In this document: positions 27,458 through 35,710 of the stretch, one piece after another
Layout: every line of letters begins with the position of its first letter
How positions within the stretch are numbered: position 1 is the stretch's first letter
DNA from: an uncultured Acidobacteriota bacterium
Lineage (GTDB): Bacteria > Acidobacteriota > Terriglobia > Acidiferrales > UBA7541
Assembly: GCA_963811805.1 (NCBI GenBank)
Contig: CAWESU010000003.1
Span: forward strand, 324,435-364,434
DNA length: 40,000 nt
Direction of reading: 5' to 3'
Translations under genes and position numbers: made by a program
The notes under the pieces: generated by a model
Seen by the model: only the letters and a program-made list of their open reading frames with translations
Told to the model about the DNA's origin: nothing
Database searches by the model: none

Positions 27458-28030
27458 ATGAAGATAATTTTATCAGCTTTATTTCTTGGGCTGATTGCTA
27501 GCTTGGCGGTGGCGCAAGACCAACCACCGGCTCCCCAGTCCACAGTTTTTATGGGACACCAATTGGGCGAAACTGTTCAGCAATGGTTCAGCGCCAGCGA
27601 TGAGCCGAAAAGATGCGCGGAGTGGAAGAGGAATAAGGCTGACAACAAACTGTTTTGTAAAGTGGCAGACGACATCGCGCAAGGGAGATCGGGTATGCTC
27701 GATACCAGACAGCCGGGCGACAGCGTACTCGCAAGAGATCGCTGGTATTTTCAATATGGCAAACTCGCTGCACTAATCGGAACTTTTCTCCCCTACGACA
27801 AAACCCTCGCGGAACTTCGTGAAAAGTACGGCCCGGAAACGAAAAAGCAGGCAAAACTGGTCGTGCACGTGCTAAGCCCGACGTACCCTGTCTTTGGCGA
27901 AAAGTGGGCCATGCCCGACGGCACACTACTTTTCTTGGTAGAGGATACGCGTGCCGTCAATCATGCGAATCTCGTGATAAGCACGCAAGCGTATATCGAC
28001 CAACAGCAAGACGCAAACAATCCGTTTTGA
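27458..28030 (+). CDS. hypothetical secreted protein
   Basis: AGGAGAGA RBS. Signal peptide MKIILSALFLGLIASLAVAQ. No recognisable domain. Confidence 0.6.
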   Translation: MKIILSALFLGLIASLAVAQDQPPAPQSTVFMGHQLGETVQQWFSASDEPKRCAEWKRNKADNKLFCKVADDIAQGRSGMLDTRQPGDSVLARDRWYFQYGKLAALIGTFLPYDKTLAELREKYGPETKKQAKLVVHVLSPTYPVFGEKWAMPDGTLLFLVEDTRAVNHANLVISTQAYIDQQQDANNPF

Positions 28031-28116
28031 GAGGTGTGTGTACGATAAGGGTCATAAAAAGCTCTCGCACAAGAAGGTTTTTTTTGCTGGGCGATCCAAC
28101 TGGCACATCGCAACCC

Positions 28117-29022
28117 TTATTGAGGGAATAGATTTGGCGTTACACCGGAAGTCGAGCAAATTGCCTCAAGTTCTGGATAGTGCTCAATCAAGGTTGCGGG
28201 TGCCTTTACAGGACGTTTGGTAAGCAAATGGATAAGCTGAAGAGCGTTTACGATGGCTTTGCCCCGGTAATGATTGTTGGTGATTACGAACGTGGACTCG
28301 GAGTTTTCGGCGACGGTGTGGATGCGCTCCGCCCAAGGTTCAAGCTCTTTTCCGCTGTATAAATAGTTGTACCGATCCTCTGACGGCATGTTCGGATCGT
28401 CAGAAAACCAAGTATCGTACCGGCGTCCGTGAAGCCGGATGTAGCCCACTGGCGCTGTCGCGCGGTCTGACGGCCTGAGCGAGCGTCCAATCACCGGCTG
28501 GTCAACATTGCAAAAGCCGACGCCGCACTCCCCCAGCAGATCATAGAAGTCCTTCTCATTCCAGGATGCGTGACGAACCTCAACGACGAGGGGATATTCA
28601 GCGAAGCGAGCAAACAGTTTTTTCAAGTAACCAAGATTCTCCGGCGTGCGATGGAACGAGAAAGGGAATTGCGCAAGCACCGCGCCCAGTTTGTCGGCGT
28701 CCCGCAGCGGATCAAAACCGGCACGGACGGCCCGCTCATCTTCTATGTTCGCGTTCCGTTCGTGAGTGAATTTCTGCCAGAGTTTCGCTGTGAATAGGAA
28801 TCGTGGATTCTCCGCAACAAAGTCGATCCACTTCCGTGCCGTGTCCGGCTCGATTGGGGAGTAAAAAGAGGTATTGAGTTCGATGGCATCGAAGTACTGC
28901 GCCAAGTAAGCAGCTTCGTGAAAACCGGAAGGGCGGCGTTTGGGATAGACGATTCCCGCCCAGTCTTTGTACGACCATCCGGCGGGGCCGATGCGAACTG
29001 GCGCGGGTTTTGGAGATTCCAT
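28117..29022 (-). CDS. DUF72 (YecE-like) family protein
   Basis: IGPAGWSYKDWAGIVYP N-terminal signature, FDAIELNTSFY, and VEVRHASW, typical of DUF72. Confidence 0.8.
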   Translation of the reverse strand: MESPKPAPVRIGPAGWSYKDWAGIVYPKRRPSGFHEAAYLAQYFDAIELNTSFYSPIEPDTARKWIDFVAENPRFLFTAKLWQKFTHERNANIEDERAVRAGFDPLRDADKLGAVLAQFPFSFHRTPENLGYLKKLFARFAEYPLVVEVRHASWNEKDFYDLLGECGVGFCNVDQPVIGRSLRPSDRATAPVGYIRLHGRRYDTWFSDDPNMPSEDRYNYLYSGKELEPWAERIHTVAENSESTFVITNNHYRGKAIVNALQLIHLLTKRPVKAPATLIEHYPELEAICSTSGVTPNLFPQ

Positions 29023-29050
29023 TTACTTTCGCCTTTTATTCGTCTACAAT
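29022..29050 (+). promoter_or_regulatory. sigma70-like promoter candidate for the recA-like/PolB-1 operon
   Basis: TTTACT (29022-27), 17-nt spacer, TACAAT (29045-50), 33 nt upstream of ATG 29083. Confidence 0.3.
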
Positions 29051-29065
29051 ACTCCTGCTCTGCCC
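29048..29065. repeat. left arm of candidate terminal inverted repeat
   Basis: AATACTCCTGCTCTGCCC. It matches the reverse complement of 39307-39326 at 17 positions, with two 1-nt indels and one mismatch. Confidence 0.3.
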
Positions 29066-29082
29066 TTAAGAGCGCCAACATT

Positions 29083-29703
29083 ATGACTCTACCCCTCGCG
29101 TCAACCCGCACGGAACAGCATTCTTCTCTGAATCCGTGGGTTCTCCCACTTCGACAGTTGTCCGTTTTCTATGGCTCGCCGCAAGTGCCGCGTCTCTCGC
29201 ACTACTTCCTGCCGAGACTTTTGCTGAATGATGAGCGCGTTCTGTTTTTAGACGGAGCCAATCAGTTTGACCCTCTTTTGCTTGCTCGGTTTGCCCATAA
29301 GCGAGGGCGTGACAGTTCCTCTTTCAATCGGCTCGTGCGTGTTGCGCGGGCTTTCACATGCTTTCAGTTGACGGAGCTAATCACACGCACGCCAAATTTC
29401 TTGAACAGTTTTCCGGCGAAGGTTTTGGTGATTACGGCTATGCCCGATTTGTTTTTCGATGAAGACGTGCGGGAGCATGATGCGCGAGCATCGTTTGAAC
29501 ACGCGCTAGAAGGATTGCGGCAGATTGTACGCGATTCAGTTCCGCTTGCCGTTTTCTCAGATGCGACTTCCTTCCACACGGGGCGACTAGGGTTCTTCCA
29601 TCAACTCACCAAACAGGCCGACAGGCTCTTGAAAGTCGAAATACGAGCGGATGACAAACTCGCCTTCACTTGCGAGAAAGAGACGCCCCAATTACCAACC
29701 TAG
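29083..29703 (+). CDS. RecA/RadB-fold protein with degenerate P-loop (ImuA-like in architecture)
   Basis: LSVFYGSPQVPRLSHYF sits where RecA/RadB proteins have GxxGxGKT. Also RVLFLDGANQFDP, VRVARAFTCFQLTELI and a Walker-B-like KVLVITAMPDLFFDE. ATG 29083 is chosen because the longer track ORF runs antisense into DUF72. Confidence 0.55.
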   Translation: MTLPLASTRTEQHSSLNPWVLPLRQLSVFYGSPQVPRLSHYFLPRLLLNDERVLFLDGANQFDPLLLARFAHKRGRDSSSFNRLVRVARAFTCFQLTELITRTPNFLNSFPAKVLVITAMPDLFFDEDVREHDARASFEHALEGLRQIVRDSVPLAVFSDATSFHTGRLGFFHQLTKQADRLLKVEIRADDKLAFTCEKETPQLPT

Positions 29704-29724
29704 TCGTTTTGCCGGAGAGATGTT

Positions 29725-30078
29725 ATGGGCCGCACAGTTCCCACTTTTGTTCAACTCGTTCAGCAAACCATCCAACGATGGGCGAAATTCCGCCGCGCTC
29801 TTAGACGCGAAGATCAGCCTCACTTCGACAAACTATTCCTTTCGGTGAGAGGGTACACACAAGCGGCAACCTACCAATGCAGTGACAATCCGATGGAAGC
29901 CATTCTTCTTTCCGTGGCGCTCGATCAAGAGAAACGCATCGCGGCACTTGAAAAGCTCGTGAAGGGAAGCGAAGAAAACCATGCGACTGAACGGCTGGAT
30001 TCTCGATCTCTATCCCGGCCAACAAGGAATGACAATTTGGCTGATCGACGCGAATCAGGCTCACTACCGTTTAAGTGA
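29725..30078 (+). CDS. small hypothetical protein, 3' end overlaps PolB-1 by 98 nt
   Basis: GGAGAG RBS 5 nt upstream. MGRTVPTFVQLVQQTIQRWAKFRRALRREDQPHFDKLF... is helical, with no recognised family. Confidence 0.45.
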   Translation: MGRTVPTFVQLVQQTIQRWAKFRRALRREDQPHFDKLFLSVRGYTQAATYQCSDNPMEAILLSVALDQEKRIAALEKLVKGSEENHATERLDSRSLSRPTRNDNLADRRESGSLPFK

Positions 30079-32200
30079 CAGCTTTGCTCCGGCTTTCTAT
30101 GTTTCAGGAGCCGCCGAGAAACTCTCGCACTTGCAACGGTCGTTGGAGCAACAGCGCGCTCCCGTTATTTGCCAGTCCACGGAGCGAATTGACCTCTGGC
30201 AGAACAGGCTCCGGCAAGTTCTGAAAATCTCCGTCCAATCACCGGTTGAATTTGTCCGATGGGGGCGTTGGGTACATCGTTTCGATTCTCGCCTTCAGCT
30301 TTACAACAGCGACCTCATGGTTGCTTCGCTTTATTGTTGGCAGACAAATGTCTTTCCCCTTGCGCGCGTCGAAGTTGAAGCAGACGAAAACGGGAACGTA
30401 CAACGCATGGAACGGCGCGACGATGAATGGGCGCTGGATTACGAGCTTCCGCCGCTCAAGATTATGCAGATTCGGCTTGTGGGTTTTTCACGAATTGACC
30501 CGAACCACGGTCGCCGAGCGGCACTCGAAATTGAAAGCGAGGGCCGCTGCTTCGAGTTAGATGAAAATGACGAACCGCCCGCGCTCGGTTTTGCTCGTTT
30601 GTTGAAGCGCGAAGACCCGGACGTGATTTTATCCGAGTGGGGCGACGCGACAATCTTGCCGCTATTACGCGAGCGAGCCAGCCGCCTGAAACTTTCCTTG
30701 CAACTGAATCGCGATTCTTCCGTTCCCGTGCAACAAAGCAAGCCGCACAGCTTTATGAGTTATGGGCGGATTCTTTTCAAAAACAGCGCCACTACACTGT
30801 TTGGGCGTTTGCACGTGGACAAACAGAACTCTTTCATCTCCGAGAAATGCGACTTCGCCGGCCTTTGGGAATTGGCACGCATCACGAAGCTGCCCGTCCA
30901 ATATGCGGCGAGAACAACCACGGGAACGGGAATCTCCTATATGCAGATGGAGCTTGCCTATCACGATGGCGTGTTGATCCCGGAACAAAAGGCCGAGCCG
31001 GAAGACCCAAAGCAACCCGATGAAATACTGGCCGCAGATCGTGGCGGATTGGTTTTTGTGCCGAAGCTGGGTTTTAGGCCGAACGTCGCAGAGTTGGACT
31101 TTGTAAGTGAATATCCAAGCATCATGGCGCGATTCAATATCTCGCCAGAAACCGTGAATTGCTCTTGCTGCCCCGATGCCCCGCGCATTCCGGAACTCGG
31201 CTACCGTGTCTGCCATAAGCGACGCGGAATCACAAGTCGGATTGTCGAACGCCTCATTGCGAAACGCACGGAATGGAAGCGGCGGCTGCCAACCTCGCCA
31301 TTGGAACTTGTGCAACGCTACAAATTGCAGCGCGATTCACTCAAATGGCTTCTCGTTTGTTGCTTCGGCTATACGGGCTACAAAAATGCACGCTTCGGCA
31401 AGATTGAAGCGCATGAAGCCATCAATGCCGTGGCGCGCGAGACTCTACTTGTCGCAAAAGAAATCGCCGAGAGTCACGGTTTCGAGTTGATTCACGCACT
31501 AGTGGACTCACTCTACGTTTGGAAAGAACATGCCAGCCGCAAGGACTACGAACAACTCGCCCATGAGATCGAGGGCCGTACGGGACTTCCGTTAGCAATC
31601 GAAGCCGTCTATCGCTATGTGGTGTTTCTCCCATCTCGGCAATATGCGGATGTCCCCGTTCCGAATCGTTTCTTCGCTGTCGGTGAAGATGGTGAACTGA
31701 AAGTTAGAGGTCTCGAATGCCGTCGCCATGACACGCCGCCATTCATTGCACGAATGCAGCGTGAAGTGCTCTCGATTCTGGCGGAAGCCACTGACTACGA
31801 TAGCTATCTCAACAAGCTCGAAACAGCGCGAGAAGTTTGGCACAACTACGAAGAGAAACTGACGAACGGAGACGTGGACGTACAGGACTTGGTAGTGAGT
31901 AAACGAATCACACGAGAACCGCGTGAATATCAGAAGGCTAATCTTACGGCCATTGCCGCACAGCAGCTTTTCAGTTGCGGTGTCAAGTTACGCCCCGGAC
32001 AGGCGGTTGAGTACGTTATCACCAACGCAGACGCCGCCGTTCCCAATGATCGCGTTTGCGCCTTTCCGTTGTGGGGAGGGTGGCAAGGATACGACCGGCA
32101 CAAGTACAGAGCAATGCTGCAAGAGGCATTCGCGCCGTTCCTCGCCATTGCGCAGAAATATGATGGCTCGATAGCGATTCCGGCGTTGTACTTGGCCTAG
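29981..32200 (+). CDS. divergent family B DNA polymerase, exonuclease motifs lost (PolB-1)
   Basis: Archaeal/Pol II-like N-terminus (GWILDLYP...FAPAFYVSG). Motif A LDFVSEYPSIM. Motif B KWLLVCCFGYTGY. Motif C reduced to HALVDSLYV. The KxY region is NRFF. The ExoI site is LKIMQIRLVG with no D/E, and the ExoII site is WGDATILPLL. Confidence 0.8.
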   Translation: MRLNGWILDLYPGQQGMTIWLIDANQAHYRLSDSFAPAFYVSGAAEKLSHLQRSLEQQRAPVICQSTERIDLWQNRLRQVLKISVQSPVEFVRWGRWVHRFDSRLQLYNSDLMVASLYCWQTNVFPLARVEVEADENGNVQRMERRDDEWALDYELPPLKIMQIRLVGFSRIDPNHGRRAALEIESEGRCFELDENDEPPALGFARLLKREDPDVILSEWGDATILPLLRERASRLKLSLQLNRDSSVPVQQSKPHSFMSYGRILFKNSATTLFGRLHVDKQNSFISEKCDFAGLWELARITKLPVQYAARTTTGTGISYMQMELAYHDGVLIPEQKAEPEDPKQPDEILAADRGGLVFVPKLGFRPNVAELDFVSEYPSIMARFNISPETVNCSCCPDAPRIPELGYRVCHKRRGITSRIVERLIAKRTEWKRRLPTSPLELVQRYKLQRDSLKWLLVCCFGYTGYKNARFGKIEAHEAINAVARETLLVAKEIAESHGFELIHALVDSLYVWKEHASRKDYEQLAHEIEGRTGLPLAIEAVYRYVVFLPSRQYADVPVPNRFFAVGEDGELKVRGLECRRHDTPPFIARMQREVLSILAEATDYDSYLNKLETAREVWHNYEEKLTNGDVDVQDLVVSKRITREPREYQKANLTAIAAQQLFSCGVKLRPGQAVEYVITNADAAVPNDRVCAFPLWGGWQGYDRHKYRAMLQEAFAPFLAIAQKYDGSIAIPALYLA

Positions 32201-32262
32201 CGATGATCGCTCCCCACCGCTTTGCAAGAGAACGTCGCTGAGAGCATATATGAGTCAAATCG

Positions 32263-33828
32263 TCAGCACTGAATCTCTTGTGCGCTTCTCTTACAACCAG
32301 TGAATCCAACTAACTCCGCGAGCTTTCTCCAATGCCTCGGATGCGGGACGCGCTTTCCTGTGCGTATGTCCGTCGCATATGGCTTCGAGACTGCAAGAGT
32401 CAACGCGATGGCTGGAATCGTAAAAGCCGCTAGCTTTGGCCGAATCTCTTCGCGGTAGACTCTTTCAGTCAACCACTTGGGTAAGTCAGAGGACTTCCAC
32501 AAAGTTCTACCCGTCATTTGCCGACGCATTGTCTCAGAACGGCGCGCCTGAGCCTTCGCGTTGTGGGCCGTTGTTCTTCCGAGTTGGGCAACTTTCAGAA
32601 TTGCTGTCTTGGATTCGTTTAACGCACATGATTTACACAGAGTATTGCCACAAGTGATCGCCGTACCGCAGATTCGGCAGACAGACGGCGGATGCGGCAC
32701 CGGAACCGGGCGAAGACTCAAATCTTCTCCGGTGCGGCTTCGGCGCTGCTGTGTCAACCGCGTGGCCGGGCCAGCCGCTACGGCAGGTTTTCTCATGGTT
32801 GACCACAGCTTACGGCATACGCTCTCTGCTACGGGCGCGACGGCCCAAGCCCAAGTCTGCGCGGTTTCCGAAAGCCGCGCTGCAAATGAACCGACTAGCC
32901 GACAATTGCCATCCGGCTGTTCAAAAAACCATTCTCGGCGCAGTGGCTCACGATTGATCCAGTCGAACACGTAAGCGTCAACTCGCGGGCGAATCGGTTC
33001 CATCAGATCAGACGCGAGGCTGTCGCGCGTCCGGCTATCGAAATGCAATACGCCAAGACCGGGATCGAGGCCAAGCGCGGCAGCGGCTAACCGAGCTTCG
33101 GATTCAAGCAGCGCGTAAAGATAATTGAGCATTGCGTTCGGCGGATTCACAGCCAATCGGGGAGAACCTGTGAGCGGCGAAGCACGAAGCCCGAATTTGA
33201 GCCAATGATCCGGTACGCGACGAAGATCAGCCTTGGCGAACATGATCGGTACGTTGCGCCATGCACCCCAGTATGCTTTTGCTGCTTGGGACTCGAAAAA
33301 CCGCAAGTCATCAATCGAATTCGCGGATGGAAGCTTTTCGCGAGCACTGGCAATCTGCGCAGCCACACCCGTATCGTGAAACTTTTCGCGAATCAGCCGC
33401 TCTTGCGCAACGAGCTTTTGATCTAGCAATTCTTGCGAAATCTGCAAACCCACTTCGGAGCGATACGCCAGAGCTTGGGCGCGTCGCAATCGAGCATCGG
33501 ACGGACGAACTGGGCCAGTTGTGGCGAGCACGGAACCCTTGCGATCCAGCATCACAAAGCTAGCGTCTTGATCGGCCAGCCAGCGAAGCGCGGAGAGAGT
33601 GACGGTGCCATCGTTGCCGATCACCACAAGCCGCCTGATGCCATGCCCGATGCGGGCAAACCGCGCAGTAGTTCGGCGCGAGCCGATGCCGTCATGGATG
33701 ATGAGATGTCCTCGATCCACGCGGACATCAATGCCATAGCCGAATAGCGTCACGACTCCATGTCTCGGTTCAATCGGGATGAAATTGCAGTGCTCGGAAA
33801 GTTGCGGTACCGTTTGCGTAGCTGCCAT
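32263..33828 (-). CDS. cas1: Cas1 homolog (casposase-like) with C-terminal zinc ribbon and basic/HTH-like extension
   Basis: N-domain LFGYGIDVRVDRGHLIIHDG...LVVIGNDGTVTLSALRWL. Catalytic blocks FFESQAAKAYWGAW (E), NAMLNYLYALLESE, and LGVLHFDSRTRDSLASDLMEPIRPRVD (H, D). Extension carries CRICGTAITCGNTLCKSC. Confidence 0.85.
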   Translation of the reverse strand: MAATQTVPQLSEHCNFIPIEPRHGVVTLFGYGIDVRVDRGHLIIHDGIGSRRTTARFARIGHGIRRLVVIGNDGTVTLSALRWLADQDASFVMLDRKGSVLATTGPVRPSDARLRRAQALAYRSEVGLQISQELLDQKLVAQERLIREKFHDTGVAAQIASAREKLPSANSIDDLRFFESQAAKAYWGAWRNVPIMFAKADLRRVPDHWLKFGLRASPLTGSPRLAVNPPNAMLNYLYALLESEARLAAAALGLDPGLGVLHFDSRTRDSLASDLMEPIRPRVDAYVFDWINREPLRREWFFEQPDGNCRLVGSFAARLSETAQTWAWAVAPVAESVCRKLWSTMRKPAVAAGPATRLTQQRRSRTGEDLSLRPVPVPHPPSVCRICGTAITCGNTLCKSCALNESKTAILKVAQLGRTTAHNAKAQARRSETMRRQMTGRTLWKSSDLPKWLTERVYREEIRPKLAAFTIPAIALTLAVSKPYATDIRTGKRVPHPRHWRKLAELVGFTGCKRSAQEIQC

Positions 33829-33834
33829 TGGAGC

Positions 33835-34977
33835 TTAACCCTCCGTGGTAGTTAGGGGCGCGTTCGGTGTTCTAGCACCGGCGCGTCCCGCTTTTGCCGT
33901 AACCCTTATTTTACCCTTCCGTTTAGGAACACGCGCCTTTTTTCTCGGTAGTGACAGCTTCTCTCGTGAATCGCGAACGTTATCAAGCGAGGTTTTAGGG
34001 CGAGAAACATTCCTTAGATAAGCAGATGTGATCGCATAAGGAATGAATGCCTGCTGATGCTTGGATTTTAATACCTCTTCGACTGCAAGCCTGAAGTCGC
34101 GCCACTGCTGACAAATCGAGTCACGCGGATAATTTTCCTTCTTTGGTAAGTTCAGAAGCGCCGCCCGGAACCTCTCCGCTAAAGATTTGCCTCTCCTCGC
34201 GCCGACACGCAGGAACAGACGCTCAACGAGTCGGAAAACAACATACGGATGTTGCGCGAAGGAATCCGCTGGCATCTTTGAACATCGAGTGTCCGATTGC
34301 CGCCATCGCATGTAAGGCAAGCCTGCCAGAGCGTTTGCAAGGTTGAGCGGCGTGAGTGCGCGTTTTCGCTTTCCCTCACTTCGCAAAAAACTCAGTAGCT
34401 CAGAACAATACAAATACACTTCTCCGTTGCGGAGCTGATCTTCGAGCAAGACGCACTCCCGCTGTTTCGCATCAAAAGTCTTTTCGTGGTGCCTCAATTT
34501 CCTACGACACCGGCGACGTTCGTTCCGAAAAGTAGTTTTGTCCTTTTCGTCCGCTTGTTTGACCGCGTTCGCTGCCTCAGCGCAAGCCTGCTGAAGCCCT
34601 GGATACTTTCGCTGCATGTCCTGAAGCTCATACCTGAGTCTGGTGCTTGTTAGGGCGTATTTTCGGAGTTCTCGTACCGTTGCGTGTTGCGGCTCCCCTC
34701 GCAAGAAAGCTCTAGCGTGATCGCAGTGCGGTTTGTCCACAACTCGCTTAAAGACCCTTTGCACATCCGTGATCGTGCTGCTTCTGCGCTTGCGAATCCG
34801 CAATAAGTGCCAGCCAATTTCGGGCCAGCATTGCTCGAAGAATACTTGCCACTGATTCCGGCTGCCCAAAAGAGAGTTATCGGGGATTGTTGGGCGACCC
34901 CCCTTATTAGGTGTTTCCGGTTCCTCCGAAACTGTGTCCATAGGGTCGAAACTAAAATCCCCGCCAGAAAACTCCAT
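33835..34977 (-). CDS. hypothetical basic protein, co-operonic with cas1
   Basis: 380 aa. AGAGG RBS. Stop lies 6 nt before the cas1 ATG. KGGRPTIPD near the N-terminus and a K/R-rich tail (RKKARVPKRKGKIRV). No recognised family. Confidence 0.6.
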   Translation of the reverse strand: MEFSGGDFSFDPMDTVSEEPETPNKGGRPTIPDNSLLGSRNQWQVFFEQCWPEIGWHLLRIRKRRSSTITDVQRVFKRVVDKPHCDHARAFLRGEPQHATVRELRKYALTSTRLRYELQDMQRKYPGLQQACAEAANAVKQADEKDKTTFRNERRRCRRKLRHHEKTFDAKQRECVLLEDQLRNGEVYLYCSELLSFLRSEGKRKRALTPLNLANALAGLPYMRWRQSDTRCSKMPADSFAQHPYVVFRLVERLFLRVGARRGKSLAERFRAALLNLPKKENYPRDSICQQWRDFRLAVEEVLKSKHQQAFIPYAITSAYLRNVSRPKTSLDNVRDSREKLSLPRKKARVPKRKGKIRVTAKAGRAGARTPNAPLTTTEG

Positions 34978-35137
34978 CGCAATTTGCCTCTATCGCCAGA
35001 AAACCGACTTTTGATGTGTGCACATTTCCCGAAAACCCCCATTTTTGCTGCTCTTGCCGGGCCGTGCAGGTTCGGAATACCCGGTGTAAAACGGATACGT
35101 CTGCACCGATTCTCTCACGATGAAAGTGAGGAAAACC

Positions 35138-35710
35138 ATGAGGCGGTCACGGAAATACAACAGGGCAAGAAAAAGCAAGAAGCCCAGCCTAAGTCGGAGT
35201 CGGAGAGTTCGCGTAGCTGCGCCACGAACGGCTAAGCAATTCTTCGCGAAGCCGAATGAGTTTCAAGAGACGTGGACTCGTGTAGCACACGTCGTTTCCA
35301 AAATGCGAACGGAACGAACCTCTCTTCGTGAAGCTTCGCGCGAATTCGGCCTCGATCCTCGCATTGTGACCCGGCTCGGCAAGTCGGCTTTGCGTAAGCG
35401 GAAGAATGGGCAGTACGTCGCAAAGCGCAGCGACAAGCTCTTGCGCATTCTCGCGATTCCTACAGCCGATGGCGTGCGCGAGATCGCGATTCGGGACTCG
35501 CGCCAAGCTACCATTCTCGGAAAGTATTGGGCCGCAGTCCAAAAGTATCTGCAAACTGGCGATGCCTCAGGCTTAAAGAAATTCCATCGCAAACGCATTA
35601 CCGATGCGAGCCGCAGGCGCGTGCCGCTAATCACAGACCAAGCTGAGTTAGACCGGCTCGGCTCTGCCGGTGTGCTGTCCTTTGAATCGCTTTATGCAAA
35701 GGTCGCCTGA
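35138..35710 (+). CDS. hypothetical HTH-containing basic protein
   Basis: ATG 35138 follows a GAGGA RBS; the track start 35120 is also possible. K/R-rich N-terminus. HTH-like TSLREASREFGLDPRIVTRLGK. Confidence 0.55.
   Translation: MRRSRKYNRARKSKKPSLSRSRRVRVAAPRTAKQFFAKPNEFQETWTRVAHVVSKMRTERTSLREASREFGLDPRIVTRLGKSALRKRKNGQYVAKRSDKLLRILAIPTADGVREIAIRDSRQATILGKYWAAVQKYLQTGDASGLKKFHRKRITDASRRRVPLITDQAELDRLGSAGVLSFESLYAKVA

Noticed and set aside
29023-29047. Target-site duplication flanking the candidate inverted repeats
   Set aside because: The left flank (TTATTCGTCTAC) and right flank (CCGGTTGTGCGC at 39327-38) show no convincing direct repeat. The element boundaries therefore stay tentative.
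28918-29082. Longer N-terminus (track start 28918) for the RecA-like protein
   Set aside because: It would run antisense across the first 105 nt of the DUF72 gene and across the predicted promoter. ATG 29083 gives a compact protein beginning just before the conserved core.
30665-31315. 216-aa minus-strand ORF inside PolB-1, plus several 60-130 aa ORFs antisense to cas1, the 380-aa gene and the HNH gene
   Set aside because: They lie fully within genes that carry clear family motifs on the other strand, and their translations have no recognisable features.
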